From: Chloroflexota bacterium
Lineage (GTDB): Bacteria > Chloroflexota > Anaerolineae > Anaerolineales > RBG-16-64-43
Assembly (NCBI GenBank): GCA_026389925.1
Contig: JAPLGX010000172.1
Location: 1 to 24,000 of the forward strand
DNA length: 24,000 nt
Reading direction: 5' to 3'
Both the position numbers and the translations under genes were made by a program. The notes under the pieces were generated by a model. The model made no database searches, had not been told where the DNA came from, and saw only the letters and a program-made list of their open reading frames with translations. Positions 1 to 9,752 of this stretch are shown here, piece by piece (position 1 is the stretch's first letter; each line of letters begins with the position of its first letter).

Positions 1-135
1 CTTGATTGCTGCGGCAGGCGGCCTGTTTTTACGTGGGCTGCTACTCGCGAACGTGCGACAGACACGCCCCACGCGCGGATGATCCTGGGGCACCGCGGGT
101 CGGCTCCGCCGGCTGGCGCGTGAGGAGGAAAGCGC

Positions 136-161
136 AACCGCCGGCGAAGGCGCCGGCGGTT
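136..161 (-). terminator. GC-rich hairpin 29 nt downstream of the rpsO stop (terminator or processing stem)
   Basis: Perfect 11-bp inverted repeat AACCGCCGGCG(136-146)/CGCCGGCGGTT(151-161) with a 4-nt loop. On the minus strand it is followed by GCGCUUUCCUCC, which is only a weak U tract. Confidence 0.4.
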
Positions 162-189
162 CTCATCAAGCGAGAAGGGGGGCCCTCAC

Positions 190-462
190 CTACGTGCGGC
201 GCAGGCCACGCCTCTCAGGGAGTGCGGTGGAGGCCGGGGGGGTGGTGCGGCTGAGATACAGCAGGTGCCGCCGGCGCTGGCCGACGAGCATCAGCAGGCC
301 GCGGCGCGATGATTCATCGTGCTTGTGCGCCTTGAGGTGTTCGGTGAGCTGGCTGATGCGTGCTGTGAGCAGCGCGATCTGAACCTCGGGCGAACCGGTG
401 TCACCGTCGTGCCGGTGGTACGAGTCCATCAGCTGTTTCTTCTGATCTGTGGTGAGCGGCAT
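190..462 (-). CDS. rpsO: 30S ribosomal protein S15
   Basis: Track ORF 190..651(-) trimmed to the internal ATG at 462, which has GGAGG (rc of 470-474) 7 nt upstream. The 90-aa product [65 protein letters not shown].. is unmistakably S15. The 63 upstream codons of the track ORF do not look coding. Confidence 0.95.
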   Translation of the reverse strand: MPLTTDQKKQLMDSYHRHDGDTGSPEVQIALLTARISQLTEHLKAHKHDESSRRGLLMLVGQRRRHLLYLSRTTPPASTALPERRGLRRT

Positions 463-537
463 GACACTGCCTCCTTGTGTGCAGGTCGCCCGTCCGGCAG
501 CCGGAATGCCGCCGAGGGGCCTAGTCAATGTGTCCGC

Positions 538-576
538 ATTATACCAAACGGATTTGTCAAGCGGGGCGCGTATAAT
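538..576. promoter_or_regulatory. Back-to-back promoter candidates for rpsO(-) and the M23 peptidase gene(+)
   Basis: Perfect TATAAT on + at 571-576. Perfect TATAAT on - at 543..538, preceded by TGG (extended -10). A central TTGTCAA (554-560) reads TTGTCA on + and TTGACA on -, but lies only 11 nt from each -10, which is a non-canonical spacing. Confidence 0.35.
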
Positions 577-613
577 TTGACGCGCCGCCCGTGCCCGGGC
601 GCGACAGGCCAAC

Positions 614-1312
614 ATGCGACGACCGACCACACTGCTCTCGGGGCTCATCATTGTGCTCCTGGTGGGCGCCTATTTTACGTGGCGCACCTGGGGCGGCGCA
701 GCCTCGCGCCCGGTGAGGCTGCGTGAGTATCTGAGGCAGCCCAAAGCCCACGCCGACTGGATGCTGCGAGCCGGACAGCGATGCGGCTCGGCGCCCTTCC
801 TCTTCCCGACCGACGGCTACATCGGATTCGTCCGCGGCGATTCGTTCCGCCCGCTGCACCGCCACCAGGGCATCGATGTGTTCGGTCCGCTGCCGCTGGG
901 CGAGACGCCCGTCCTCTCCGCCTACGCCGGCTACCTGACGCGCCTCGCCGAGTGGAAGAGCACGATCATCGTGCGTGTGCCCCAGGATCCTCTACAACCC
1001 GGTCGGCAAATCTGGCTGTACTACACCCACATGGCGGATGCGAACGGCGTTTCGTTCATCGATCCCGCCTTCCCGCCGGGCAGCGTCGAGGTGCCGGTGG
1101 CGGCGGGCACCGTGCTTGGGCACCAGGGCGACTACTCGGGCGACCCGGACAACCCGGTGGGGATCCACTTGCACTTCTCCATCGTGCGCGACGACGGCCT
1201 CGGCCATTTCCGCAATGAGCTCGAGTTCGGCAACACCCTCGACCCCTCGCCCTACCTGGGATTGCCGCTCGAGGCGGGCCGCGCAGAGAGCTGGCCGATT
1301 GTATGCCCCTGA
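614..1312 (+). CDS. Membrane-anchored M23-family (LytM-type) metallopeptidase
   Basis: 232-aa ORF. N-terminal TM helix ([17 protein letters not shown]). M23 zinc motifs HxxxD (HRHQGIDV) and HxH (GIHLHFSI). Confidence 0.85.
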   Translation: MRRPTTLLSGLIIVLLVGAYFTWRTWGGAASRPVRLREYLRQPKAHADWMLRAGQRCGSAPFLFPTDGYIGFVRGDSFRPLHRHQGIDVFGPLPLGETPVLSAYAGYLTRLAEWKSTIIVRVPQDPLQPGRQIWLYYTHMADANGVSFIDPAFPPGSVEVPVAAGTVLGHQGDYSGDPDNPVGIHLHFSIVRDDGLGHFRNELEFGNTLDPSPYLGLPLEAGRAESWPIVCP

Positions 1313-1377
1313 CCACGCCGCGAGCCCCGCGAGTCGATTTCTTGCACAACCTCTCGCAATTCCATGGCCCACCCGGC

Positions 1378-1383
1378 TATAAT
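1378..1383 (+). promoter_or_regulatory. Candidate -10 box upstream of the OsmC-family gene
   Basis: Perfect TATAAT 68 nt upstream of the ATG at 1451. No convincing -35 (TCGCAA at 18-nt spacing). Confidence 0.3.
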
Positions 1384-1450
1384 CGCCTCGGCTCATACTG
1401 GCTCGCGGCGCGAAGGCCGGCGAGCGATGAATTCGGGTGAGGGAGGAACG

Positions 1451-1876
1451 ATGGCAGAGCGAATTGCCGAGGCAGTGTGGGAAGGCGGGCTGCGCAGCGG
1501 GCGTGGACGCATGAAACTTGGCGGGGGAGCCTATGAAGGCCCGTATTCGTTCGGTTCACGCTTCGAGAAGGCCGCGGGAACCAATCCTGAGGAGCTGATC
1601 GCTGCAGCCCATGCGGGTTGTTACTCGATGGCGCTCTCGGGGGCTTTGGAGGGCGCCGGGTTCACGGCTGAGCGCATTGCCACCCAGGCGCATGTGCATC
1701 TGGAAAAGGTGGCCGACAAGTGGACCGTGACGCGCATCCACCTGGTCACCGAAGCCACGGTTCCCGGAATCGACACGCGCACTTTCCTGGCCAAGGCGGA
1801 GGAGGCCAAGCTCGGCTGTCCGATCTCGCGCCTGCTGGCCGCCACGGCAATTAGCCTGGAAGCCAAATTGGCCTAG
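1451..1876 (+). CDS. OsmC/Ohr-family peroxiredoxin-like protein
   Basis: Track ORF 1364..1876 trimmed to the ATG at 1451, directly behind GGGAGG (1441-1446). The two family cysteines sit in their usual contexts (AAAHAGCYSMAL and AKLGCPISRLL). 141 aa. Confidence 0.85.
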   Translation: MAERIAEAVWEGGLRSGRGRMKLGGGAYEGPYSFGSRFEKAAGTNPEELIAAAHAGCYSMALSGALEGAGFTAERIATQAHVHLEKVADKWTVTRIHLVTEATVPGIDTRTFLAKAEEAKLGCPISRLLAATAISLEAKLA

Positions 1877-2011
1877 GGCGCGCCGGTGGGTCATTCGTGG
1901 CCGCACCTTGCCACATGCAAGTGGTTGTTGTATGCTTCCACCGTCCCGGATGGGGCGGGGCAGGCCCGGCGCTGGGCTGCCCGACCCCGCGTCGCACGAG
2001 GAGGAAGAGCG

Positions 2012-2311
2012 ATGACCCAAGTCAATGTCATTCTGGAACTGATCGGCTACATCTTCCGCCCGGTGGGTTTCCTGGTCTTCGGTGTGGCCGCCGGATGGCT
2101 GGCCTCCTTGCCGTTCACTACGGAAGCCAAGTGGTGGCAATTGGAAATCGCCGCCTTGCTCGGATTGCTGGGCTCGGCGGTCACATTGAGCATCTACAGC
2201 GGGGCTGGCACGGTGGGCGCCTACGCCCTGGGTGCTGGAGCGAGTGTGTTGTTCTTTGGCCTGCGCGCCGGCCGCCCGCCGTCCGAACCGCGCGCCGAAA
2301 AGAAACCCTGA
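2012..2311 (+). CDS. Small hypothetical membrane protein (about 3 TM helices)
   Basis: Track ORF 1886..2311 trimmed to the ATG at 2012, after GAGGAGGA (1998-2006). 99 aa, hydrophobic (ILELIGYIFRPVGFLVFGVAAGWLA.., LEIAALLGLLGSAVTL.., GAYALGAGASVLFFGL). A strong terminator follows. No family recognised. Confidence 0.6.
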   Translation: MTQVNVILELIGYIFRPVGFLVFGVAAGWLASLPFTTEAKWWQLEIAALLGLLGSAVTLSIYSGAGTVGAYALGAGASVLFFGLRAGRPPSEPRAEKKP

Positions 2312-2342
2312 TCGGGCCCGGCCCTCGACTCATGCCCGATGT

Positions 2343-2381
2343 CACAGGCCCCCGTTATGCGCGGGGGCCTGTGCGTTTCTG
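2343..2381 (+). terminator. Rho-independent terminator after the small membrane-protein gene
   Basis: Perfect 12-bp stem CACAGGCCCCCG(2343-2354)/CGGGGGCCTGTG(2362-2373), 7-nt loop, then CGTTTCTGC. Confidence 0.8.
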
Positions 2382-2508
2382 CTCTCGTTGGACGCGGATC
2401 TCGGGTCCCGGGGCGACGTCTGCACCGCGAGCTTTCTCATCCGGCGCTTAGCCGCATTTCAGGCAGGTCTCACCTGGCGCGGCTATTCTTCACCGTGCAT
2501 TCTCCTCC

Positions 2509-2553
2509 AAAGGCAACCGCGCCCGGTGTACGCCCTCGGGCGCGGTTGCCTTT
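2509..2553. terminator. Long perfect hairpin at the 3' end of the esterase gene (possibly a bidirectional terminator)
   Basis: Perfect 17-bp stem AAAGGCAACCGCGCCCG(2509-2525)/CGGGCGCGGTTGCCTTT(2537-2553), 11-nt loop. It starts at the esterase stop codon (2553-2555, minus strand). There are only 3 U after the stem on either strand. Confidence 0.6.
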
Positions 2554-3515
2554 CAACGCCACCCGCTTGCATACCAACTCAGGTATTCCGCCAGATGTGT
2601 CCGCCAATAAGAATCAGCATGCGCCCCGGAATTGAGCTGCCAGGTGACCTCCACTCCGCTCGCGCTGAGCTGTTGCGCGATGGCTTGCACCGCATCCCGT
2701 TGTACGTCCTTATCCCCGATATCGACATACACCCGCGGCATCAGACCGGCAGGCATCGCCGTGAGCCAGCCCGCCAGGCGGGCCTGATCCGCCTCCACCG
2801 GGGTCAAGCTGTGCAGCCCCAGCGCGCCGAAGAGATCGGGGCGCTGCATCTCGACGCGCAGGGCCTGGGCCGCGCCGAGCGACAGGCCGCCGATCGCGCG
2901 CTGCCCGCGGCTTTCGTTCAAGGGGTAGCGCGCATCGAGCGCCGGCAGGAGATCGGCCAGGATGAATGCGTCCGAGGCGTTATCCAGCGGCGAGTTGGGC
3001 ATAACGATGATCAAGGGCGGCAGCGCGCCCGAGGCAATCATGCGGTCGGCGGTTTCGGGGATACCGAGCGAGAGCCACTGCTGTAAGTTGCGCTCCGCGG
3101 CATGCAGCAGAATCAGCAGCGGATAGTGCACATCGGGTTCCGACTTGTAGCAGGGCGGCAGATAGGCGATCCATATGAGCGCGGGCCCGCCCAGTGAGCT
3201 AGGCGCTGTGTCGTTCACCATGCGCCCGGGGGCCTCGCGGCAATCGCCGCCGGCGGCTTGGGTCGAGAGCGGCACCGGAATGAGGGTGGCCTCGCCGGGG
3301 GCGGCCAACTGGTCGGGGGGGATGAACGGGCTGGGTGTGAGGGTGGGCGCGTGCGTGGCGAGCACCGCCCGCTTGGAGGCTGGCAGGCGCGGCAGGCACG
3401 CGCTGGTAGCACACACCGCGATCAGCAGGACCGAGGCCAGGTGTATCCGGCGGCCACGTCCGCGCGGCGTATCGCAGGGAGGGACTAGCCGAGATGGGGG
3501 AGGAGCGATTCCCAC
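2553..3515 (-). CDS. Secreted alpha/beta-hydrolase, putative esterase family (esterase D / enterochelin-esterase-like)
   Basis: C-terminal 250 aa carry YPLLILLHA.., the nucleophile elbow GGLSLGA and ..SGAHADSYW. Signal-peptide-like RGRGRRIHLASVLLIAVCATSAC. Start placed at GTG 3515 with GGGAGA 8 nt upstream. The track ORF runs on to 3755, but that extension crosses a promoter plus hairpin and has poor GC3. The start codon is uncertain. Confidence 0.75.
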   Translation of the reverse strand: MGIAPPPSRLVPPCDTPRGRGRRIHLASVLLIAVCATSACLPRLPASKRAVLATHAPTLTPSPFIPPDQLAAPGEATLIPVPLSTQAAGGDCREAPGRMVNDTAPSSLGGPALIWIAYLPPCYKSEPDVHYPLLILLHAAERNLQQWLSLGIPETADRMIASGALPPLIIVMPNSPLDNASDAFILADLLPALDARYPLNESRGQRAIGGLSLGAAQALRVEMQRPDLFGALGLHSLTPVEADQARLAGWLTAMPAGLMPRVYVDIGDKDVQRDAVQAIAQQLSASGVEVTWQLNSGAHADSYWRTHLAEYLSWYASGWR

Positions 3516-3532
3516 GCGTGCCGTCTCCCGGG

Positions 3533-3583
3533 AAACAAAACCCCCGTCGCGCTGAGCAAGCGGGCTTGCCCGGCTGACGGGGG
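3533..3583 (-). terminator. Terminator-like hairpin plus U tract inside the 5' leader of the esterase gene (candidate attenuator or short RNA end)
   Basis: Minus strand: CCCCCGUC(3583..3576), an inner GCAAGC/GCUUGC stem, GACGGGGG(3548..3541), then UUUUGUUU(3540..3533). This sits 17 nt upstream of GTG 3515. Confidence 0.45.
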
Positions 3584-3597
3584 CGCCTGTTGCACCT

Positions 3598-3626
3598 AGT
3601 GTAGGGCGGATCATCTGTCTCGTCAA
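3598..3626 (-). promoter_or_regulatory. Sigma70-type promoter candidate driving the esterase leader
   Basis: Minus strand: TTGACG (3626..3621), 17-nt spacer, TACACT (3603..3598). Predicted TSS near 3591, only about 8 nt before the hairpin. Confidence 0.45.
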
Positions 3627-3666
3627 GGCAATCGCGGCTCCTGGACGATGGGCCGGAGGGTGGCGA

Positions 3667-3672
3667 TATAAT
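3667..3672 (+). promoter_or_regulatory. Candidate -10 box for ilvE
   Basis: Perfect TATAAT 45 nt upstream of ATG 3718, embedded in the near-palindrome GCGATATAATCGC. The -35 is poor. Confidence 0.35.
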
Positions 3673-3717
3673 CGCATCGCGGTTGCGGAGGGCCGGACCG
3701 CTTGCACAGGAGGGAGA

Positions 3718-4665
3718 ATGGCGGGTCCTACATTTGCGTTTTTCGAGGGCCGCATCGTACCCTACGCGCAGGCACACGTGGGTATGCTCAACCACAGCCT
3801 GAACTATGGCACCGGTGTCTTCGGTGGCCTGCGCGCCTACTGGAATGAAGCCCAGGCTCAACTGTACCTGTTCCGTCCGCTCGACCATTTCCGCCGCTTC
3901 ATCGAGTCGTCGCGCCTGCTCAACATGCAGCTCGCGTACGACGGCGCGGACTTGCTCAAGCACACGCTTGATGTGCTGCGCGCCGAGGAACACAAGGAGG
4001 ACATGTACGTCCGCCCGCTGGCGTACTTTGCCGAGGAGATAATCGGCGTGCGTCTGCACGACCTGCAGGCGCGCGTGGCCATTGTGGCCGTGCCCTTTGG
4101 GCGCTACCTGGAGCACGAGGAGGGAGCTCACGCCACCATTTCCTCCTGGCGCCGCGTCGACGACAACAGCATCCCCGCGCGCGGCAAGATCACGGGCTCG
4201 TACGTCAACTCCGCGCTGATTAAGACAGATGCCCAGCGTTCGGGTTACGACGAGGCCATCGTGCTCAACTCGGATGGGCACGTGGCGGAAGGCAGCGCCG
4301 AGAACTTCTTCATGGTGCGCTACGGTGAGCTCATCACGCCCCCGATCACCGACAATATCTTGGAGGGCATCACGCGCCGCACGCTGATCACTCTCGCGCG
4401 CGACGACCTCGGCTTGACCGTGGTGGAGCGCCCGATCGATCGCACCGAGGTCTATCTGGCCGAGGAGGCTTTCTTCTGCGGCACCGGCGTGCAGATTGCC
4501 GCCATCACGCGCATTGACCACCGGCCGCTGGGCGAGGGCCGTATGGGCCCGGTGGTGACGCGCCTGCGCGATCTGTATTTCCAGGTCGTGCGCGGCGGGG
4601 TGGCCAAATACTCTTCGTGGCTGACCCCGGTGTACGATGTGGAACGGATTGCGGCGAGGGCTTGA
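3718..4665 (+). CDS. ilvE: Branched-chain amino acid aminotransferase (class IV PLP enzyme)
   Basis: 315-aa ORF with AGGAGGGAGA immediately upstream. Typical IlvE sequence throughout (FFEGRIVPYAQAHV.., LNYGTGVFGGLRAY.., GSAENFFMVR.., ITPPITDNILEGITR.., EAFFCGTGVQIAAI). Confidence 0.9.
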   Translation: MAGPTFAFFEGRIVPYAQAHVGMLNHSLNYGTGVFGGLRAYWNEAQAQLYLFRPLDHFRRFIESSRLLNMQLAYDGADLLKHTLDVLRAEEHKEDMYVRPLAYFAEEIIGVRLHDLQARVAIVAVPFGRYLEHEEGAHATISSWRRVDDNSIPARGKITGSYVNSALIKTDAQRSGYDEAIVLNSDGHVAEGSAENFFMVRYGELITPPITDNILEGITRRTLITLARDDLGLTVVERPIDRTEVYLAEEAFFCGTGVQIAAITRIDHRPLGEGRMGPVVTRLRDLYFQVVRGGVAKYSSWLTPVYDVERIAARA

Positions 4666-4698
4666 GCGCATGCCGCACGCCGCACGGACTTCATCCTG

Positions 4699-5598
4699 AT
4701 GCATTTCGCCCCTGTGCGCGCACCTGCGCTAGCCATCCACCTCTCGGCCGGCCTCGGGCTGTGCGCCGTTTTGGGCGTCGGACTATGGCGCTTGCTGGGG
4801 GCGACCCTCAATTGGCAGTCGGCGGTGGCGTTGCTTGGCGTCGCGGTGGCCATCACCGGGCTGCCCGTCGTCGTCACGCGCCTGATCGCGCTTGCGCGTG
4901 GCGGCTACAAACTCGACTCGCAGGCACTGACCCTGCACTGGGGTGGCGACCTGGAAGTCGTGCCGCTCGACCACATCGTGGAGCTGCGCACGGGCGGCGG
5001 CATCGCGCCCGGCGTGCGCCGACGGGTCGGTGCGCGCAGCGGATGGTCGCGTGCGCGCTTCACCCCGGAGGACGGGCAGCGCGTGGAGGCCTTCGCCACC
5101 TCCAGCGCTGCGAACCTGGTGCTGGTCGTCACCTCACATGGCGCCTGGGCACTTTCCCCGGCCGACCTGCCCGGGTTTGTGGATGCCTTCTCCCGCCTTA
5201 GCGCTGTCATCTCGGCGGAGAAGGCCGACGCCCTCTCGTATCGCCGGCCCACCCTCGCCCGCGAGCTGCTGGGCAGCCGTTTCGCGCAAGTCGTCGTCGC
5301 CACAACCTCCATCGGTTTGCTGCTGCTCATGATGATGCTGCTGGCCGTGCAGCCCGCTCTGCTGCGCGAGCATCCCTTTACCTTCGATGCTGCCGGTGTG
5401 CCCGCGGGTTTGGGCTCGCCGGCCCGTTTGCTCTTGCTGCCGTTCTTTGGAATGATGGCCTGGCTGTTGGATCTTGGGCTGGGTTGGGTGGCTGTGCGCC
5501 GGCGCGATTACGTGGCGGCGTACATGGTGATGGGCGTGGGGTTGATGACGACCGTCGGGTTGTGGATCGGGGTCCTTACGCTGTTGCGCTTCGCGTGA
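4699..5598 (+). CDS. Membrane protein with a bacterial PH (YdbS/YdbT-like) domain
   Basis: 299-aa ORF. Two N-terminal TM helices, then a bPH-like segment (YKLDSQALTLHWGGDLEVVPLDHIVELR), then three C-terminal TM helices. Assigned by architecture only. Confidence 0.55.
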   Translation: MHFAPVRAPALAIHLSAGLGLCAVLGVGLWRLLGATLNWQSAVALLGVAVAITGLPVVVTRLIALARGGYKLDSQALTLHWGGDLEVVPLDHIVELRTGGGIAPGVRRRVGARSGWSRARFTPEDGQRVEAFATSSAANLVLVVTSHGAWALSPADLPGFVDAFSRLSAVISAEKADALSYRRPTLARELLGSRFAQVVVATTSIGLLLLMMMLLAVQPALLREHPFTFDAAGVPAGLGSPARLLLLPFFGMMAWLLDLGLGWVAVRRRDYVAAYMVMGVGLMTTVGLWIGVLTLLRFA

Positions 5599-5751
5599 AG
5601 CGGCCAGCTGCGGTGACGAGGTGAGCGCGAGCCCGCTCTCGCCTATCCACCGCGCAGAGCCTTTTCTCCACACAGCCGCGGCAGGCTCTGTGCCATTTCT
5701 GCACTCCCCAGGCCAAGTTGTCAACATGTCGGGCGCACTTATCCACACGTC

Positions 5752-6576
5752 ATGAACATTCTTCTCTCTCGCTGGTTACTAGCCCTCGGCCTGGCGCTGA
5801 TCGTCAGCCTGGCCGCCAGCCGCGCGCGGTTGCTCTCGCCGGGCGGTGCAGCGGCCGCGGTGGTTGTCGGCACGATGGTCTTTGGCGGCGCCGGCCTGCC
5901 CGGCGCGGGGCTGCTGCTCGCTTTCTTCATCAGTTCGTCGCTGCTCACCCGGGTGGTTAACCCGCGAGCCGTGGAGGCGGCGGACAAGTTCTCGAAAGGC
6001 GGGCGGCGCGATGCCGCGCAGGTGCTGGCCAATGGAGGTTTGGCAGCCCTCCTGGCCGGGGTGATTCTTCCCGCGGCCGGGGAACTCTCCCCGGTGGTCT
6101 GGGCCGCATTTGCGGGCGCGCTGGCGGCCGCCAACGCCGATACCTGGGCAACCGAAATCGGCGTGCGCTTTGGACGCCGGCCTGTGCTCATCACCACGCT
6201 TGCGCCCGCAACACCGGGAACCTCGGGCGCGGTAACAGGCGCCGGCCTGGCAGCCTCATTCGGCGGGGCGGGTCTCATCGCAGTGCTGTCACTCTTGGGC
6301 GCGCCCGGCGCGCGGGCACCCCTTCTGCTCGCTGTACTCACAGCCGCTGCGGGAAGCCTAGGGGCATTGGTCGATAGCCTGCTCGGCGCGACGCTGCAGG
6401 CGCGCTATCGCTGCCTCGCCTGCGGCAAAGTCACCGAACAGCATCCCCAACACCGTTGCGGCGGTTTGACCACGCTTACCGGTGGCTGGGCTGTGGTCTC
6501 AAACGAAGTGGTAAACTTCGACTGCACGGCGGTGGGCGCCGCGCTGGCGGGAGCATTGGCCGTCTGGCTGGCCTGA
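5752..6576 (+). CDS. DUF92 (COG1836, TMEM19/VTE6-like) integral membrane protein
   Basis: 274 aa, polytopic. Family-typical blocks FFISSSLLTRV, KGGRRDAAQVLANGG and ANADTWATEIG. It also contains a CxxC..HxC segment (RYRCLACGKVTEQHPQHRCGG, 6403-6465). Confidence 0.75.
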   Translation: MNILLSRWLLALGLALIVSLAASRARLLSPGGAAAAVVVGTMVFGGAGLPGAGLLLAFFISSSLLTRVVNPRAVEAADKFSKGGRRDAAQVLANGGLAALLAGVILPAAGELSPVVWAAFAGALAAANADTWATEIGVRFGRRPVLITTLAPATPGTSGAVTGAGLAASFGGAGLIAVLSLLGAPGARAPLLLAVLTAAAGSLGALVDSLLGATLQARYRCLACGKVTEQHPQHRCGGLTTLTGGWAVVSNEVVNFDCTAVGAALAGALAVWLA

Positions 6577-8034
<1,458 letters not shown>

Positions 8035-8055
8035 TTTGCCCGAATACTCGTTCCC

Positions 8056-8868
8056 ATGACCTGCATTACCCTGCTGACGGATTTCGGCGAGCAGGATGTC
8101 TTCGTCGGCATCCTGCGCGGCGTAATCCTGTCGATCGCGCCTGAGGCGCAGATCGTCGACCTGACGCATCTCATCCCGCCGCAGGACGTGCGCCAGGGCG
8201 CACGCGCGCTGGCGCGCGCGGCGCCCCACTTCCCGCCAGGGACGATTCACCTGGCCGTGGTCGACCCGGGCGTGGGCACGGCCCGCCGCCCGATGGCCGC
8301 GCGCATTGGGCCGCAGTGGTTTGTCGGCCCGGATAACGGGCTGGCCACGCTGCTGGTGAGGCGTGCGCAGCGTGTCGGTCTGGCTTGTGAGGCCGTTCTG
8401 CTTGACCGTCGTGAGTACTGGTTGCGCGAGGTGAGCCACGTTTTTCACGGACGCGACATCTTTGCACCGGTCGCGGCCCACTTGGCGTGCGGCGTGGCAT
8501 TGACCCAGCTTGGCTCGCCGCTGCCGGATCCGATCTTGCTGCGCTTCGCCGAACCGCAGGAGACGGCTAGCGGCCTGCGCGGTGAAGTGACCTCAATTGA
8601 CCGCTTCGGCAACGTGCTGACCAACATTGAGCCGGCGCATCTTGCCGGCGGGCGGCTTGAGCGCGTGCGCCTGGGCCAGGCTGAGATCGCCGGAATGGTG
8701 CACACCTTCGGTGACGGCCCGGCCGGCGCGCTGGTGGCCCTGTGGAGCAGCGACGAGCACCTGTGCCTGGCCGAGGTGAACGGCAACGGGGCATTGCGCC
8801 TGGGCGCGCGCCCGGGCGATGCAGTGGACGTGTTCATCGCGCGCCGTGCCTCGGGCGAGGCGCTATAA
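8056..8868 (+). CDS. S-adenosyl-L-methionine hydroxide adenosyltransferase family protein (DUF62; chlorinase/fluorinase superfamily)
   Basis: 270 aa. Motifs LLTDFG, VVDPGVGTARR, GPDNGL, FHGRDIFAPVAAHLA. It starts 21 nt after the tpl stop with no obvious SD. Confidence 0.8.
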   Translation: MTCITLLTDFGEQDVFVGILRGVILSIAPEAQIVDLTHLIPPQDVRQGARALARAAPHFPPGTIHLAVVDPGVGTARRPMAARIGPQWFVGPDNGLATLLVRRAQRVGLACEAVLLDRREYWLREVSHVFHGRDIFAPVAAHLACGVALTQLGSPLPDPILLRFAEPQETASGLRGEVTSIDRFGNVLTNIEPAHLAGGRLERVRLGQAEIAGMVHTFGDGPAGALVALWSSDEHLCLAEVNGNGALRLGARPGDAVDVFIARRASGEAL

Positions 8869-8878
8869 TGGCCGGGCC

Positions 8879-9742
8879 ATGACCTCCGCGACCGCGCCTC
8901 TCCCGCCTCCGCATCGCATCGCGCTGACTCATCACCCCCGATTGCCCGAAGCCGGCAAGTTGATTCCCGGCATCGCCGCCTTCCTGCGCGAGAACGGGGT
9001 CGAGGTCACGCGCGGTTTGCTGACCGACGAGGAAATTACCCGCGGATTGCGGGAGCGCGCCTTCGACCTGCTGGTTGCGCTGGGCGGCGACGGGACGATG
9101 CTGCGCTCGGTGCACGTGTGCGCCCCCTCGCACGTGCCCATCTTGGGCGTCAACCTTGGCCGCTTCGGCTTCCTGGCCGAATTCCGGCGCGAGGAATGGC
9201 GCGAAGGCTTGGGCCATGTGCTGCGCGGGAACTATTGGGTCGAGCGGCGCATGATGCTGCACGCCGAACACCGCCGCGGCGAGACGCGCCTGGGCGAGTG
9301 GGAAGTGCTCAACGAGTGCGTTGTGGCGCGCGGGCGCATGATGCGCCTGCTGCGCCTGGAGGCGCGCATCGACGGTGACCCGCTGGCCACTTATGCCGCC
9401 GACGGATTGATCGCGGCCACGGCCACTGGCTCGACGGCTTATGCGCTGGCCGCGGGCGGGCCGATCCTGCCGCCCGAGATGCGCAACATCCTGCTCGTGC
9501 CGATTGCCGCGCATTTGTCGATGGATCGCGGCATCGTCCTGCCCGAGGCCTCGCGCGCGACGATCATCGTCCACTGCGATCACGACGCCCTGCTCTCGTG
9601 CGACGGCCAGCCGCCCGATGACATGGCCGACGGCGACGAACTGCACGTTTCGACCTCGGCCGACGAGGCCCGCTTCGTACGCGTGCAGGGCCGCGGCTAC
9701 TTCTTCCGCAACATGATGTCGCGCATGCAGCGCAGTTCCTGA
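8879..9742 (+). CDS. nadK: NAD(+) kinase
   Basis: Track ORF 8819..9742 trimmed to ATG 8879, 10 nt after the upstream stop. Motifs GGDGTMLR, NLGRFGFLAEF, TGSTAYALAAGGPI. Confidence 0.9.
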   Translation: MTSATAPLPPPHRIALTHHPRLPEAGKLIPGIAAFLRENGVEVTRGLLTDEEITRGLRERAFDLLVALGGDGTMLRSVHVCAPSHVPILGVNLGRFGFLAEFRREEWREGLGHVLRGNYWVERRMMLHAEHRRGETRLGEWEVLNECVVARGRMMRLLRLEARIDGDPLATYAADGLIAATATGSTAYALAAGGPILPPEMRNILLVPIAAHLSMDRGIVLPEASRATIIVHCDHDALLSCDGQPPDDMADGDELHVSTSADEARFVRVQGRGYFFRNMMSRMQRSS

Positions 9743-9752
9743 GAGTCGTTTC

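Noticed and set aside
1-135. Expected pnp (polynucleotide phosphorylase) start downstream of rpsO on the minus strand, and a possible terminator remnant (CAGGCGGCCTGTTTTT, 15-30) on the plus strand
   Set aside because: None of the three minus-strand frames gives a PNPase-like N-terminus or a credible start. The plus-strand stem is only 4-5 bp with a 1-3 nt loop, and any upstream gene is outside the window.
3516-3755. Upstream extension of the esterase ORF to ATG 3614 or ATG 3755
   Set aside because: The extension would be translated through a promoter-like TTGACG-17-TACACT and a terminator-like hairpin. It has atypically low GC3, overlaps the ilvE start region and is not protein-like. GTG 3515 with GGGAGA precedes a signal-peptide-like segment.
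3199-4704. 501-aa minus-strand ORF
   Set aside because: It is antisense to ilvE and overlaps the esterase 5' region in another frame. It has no motifs and shadow-ORF composition.
8864-8869. Perfect TATAAT just upstream of nadK
   Set aside because: It is formed by the last sense codon plus the stop codon of the DUF62 gene (CTA TAA) and lies only 10 nt from the nadK ATG, too close to serve as its -10. Most likely coincidental.
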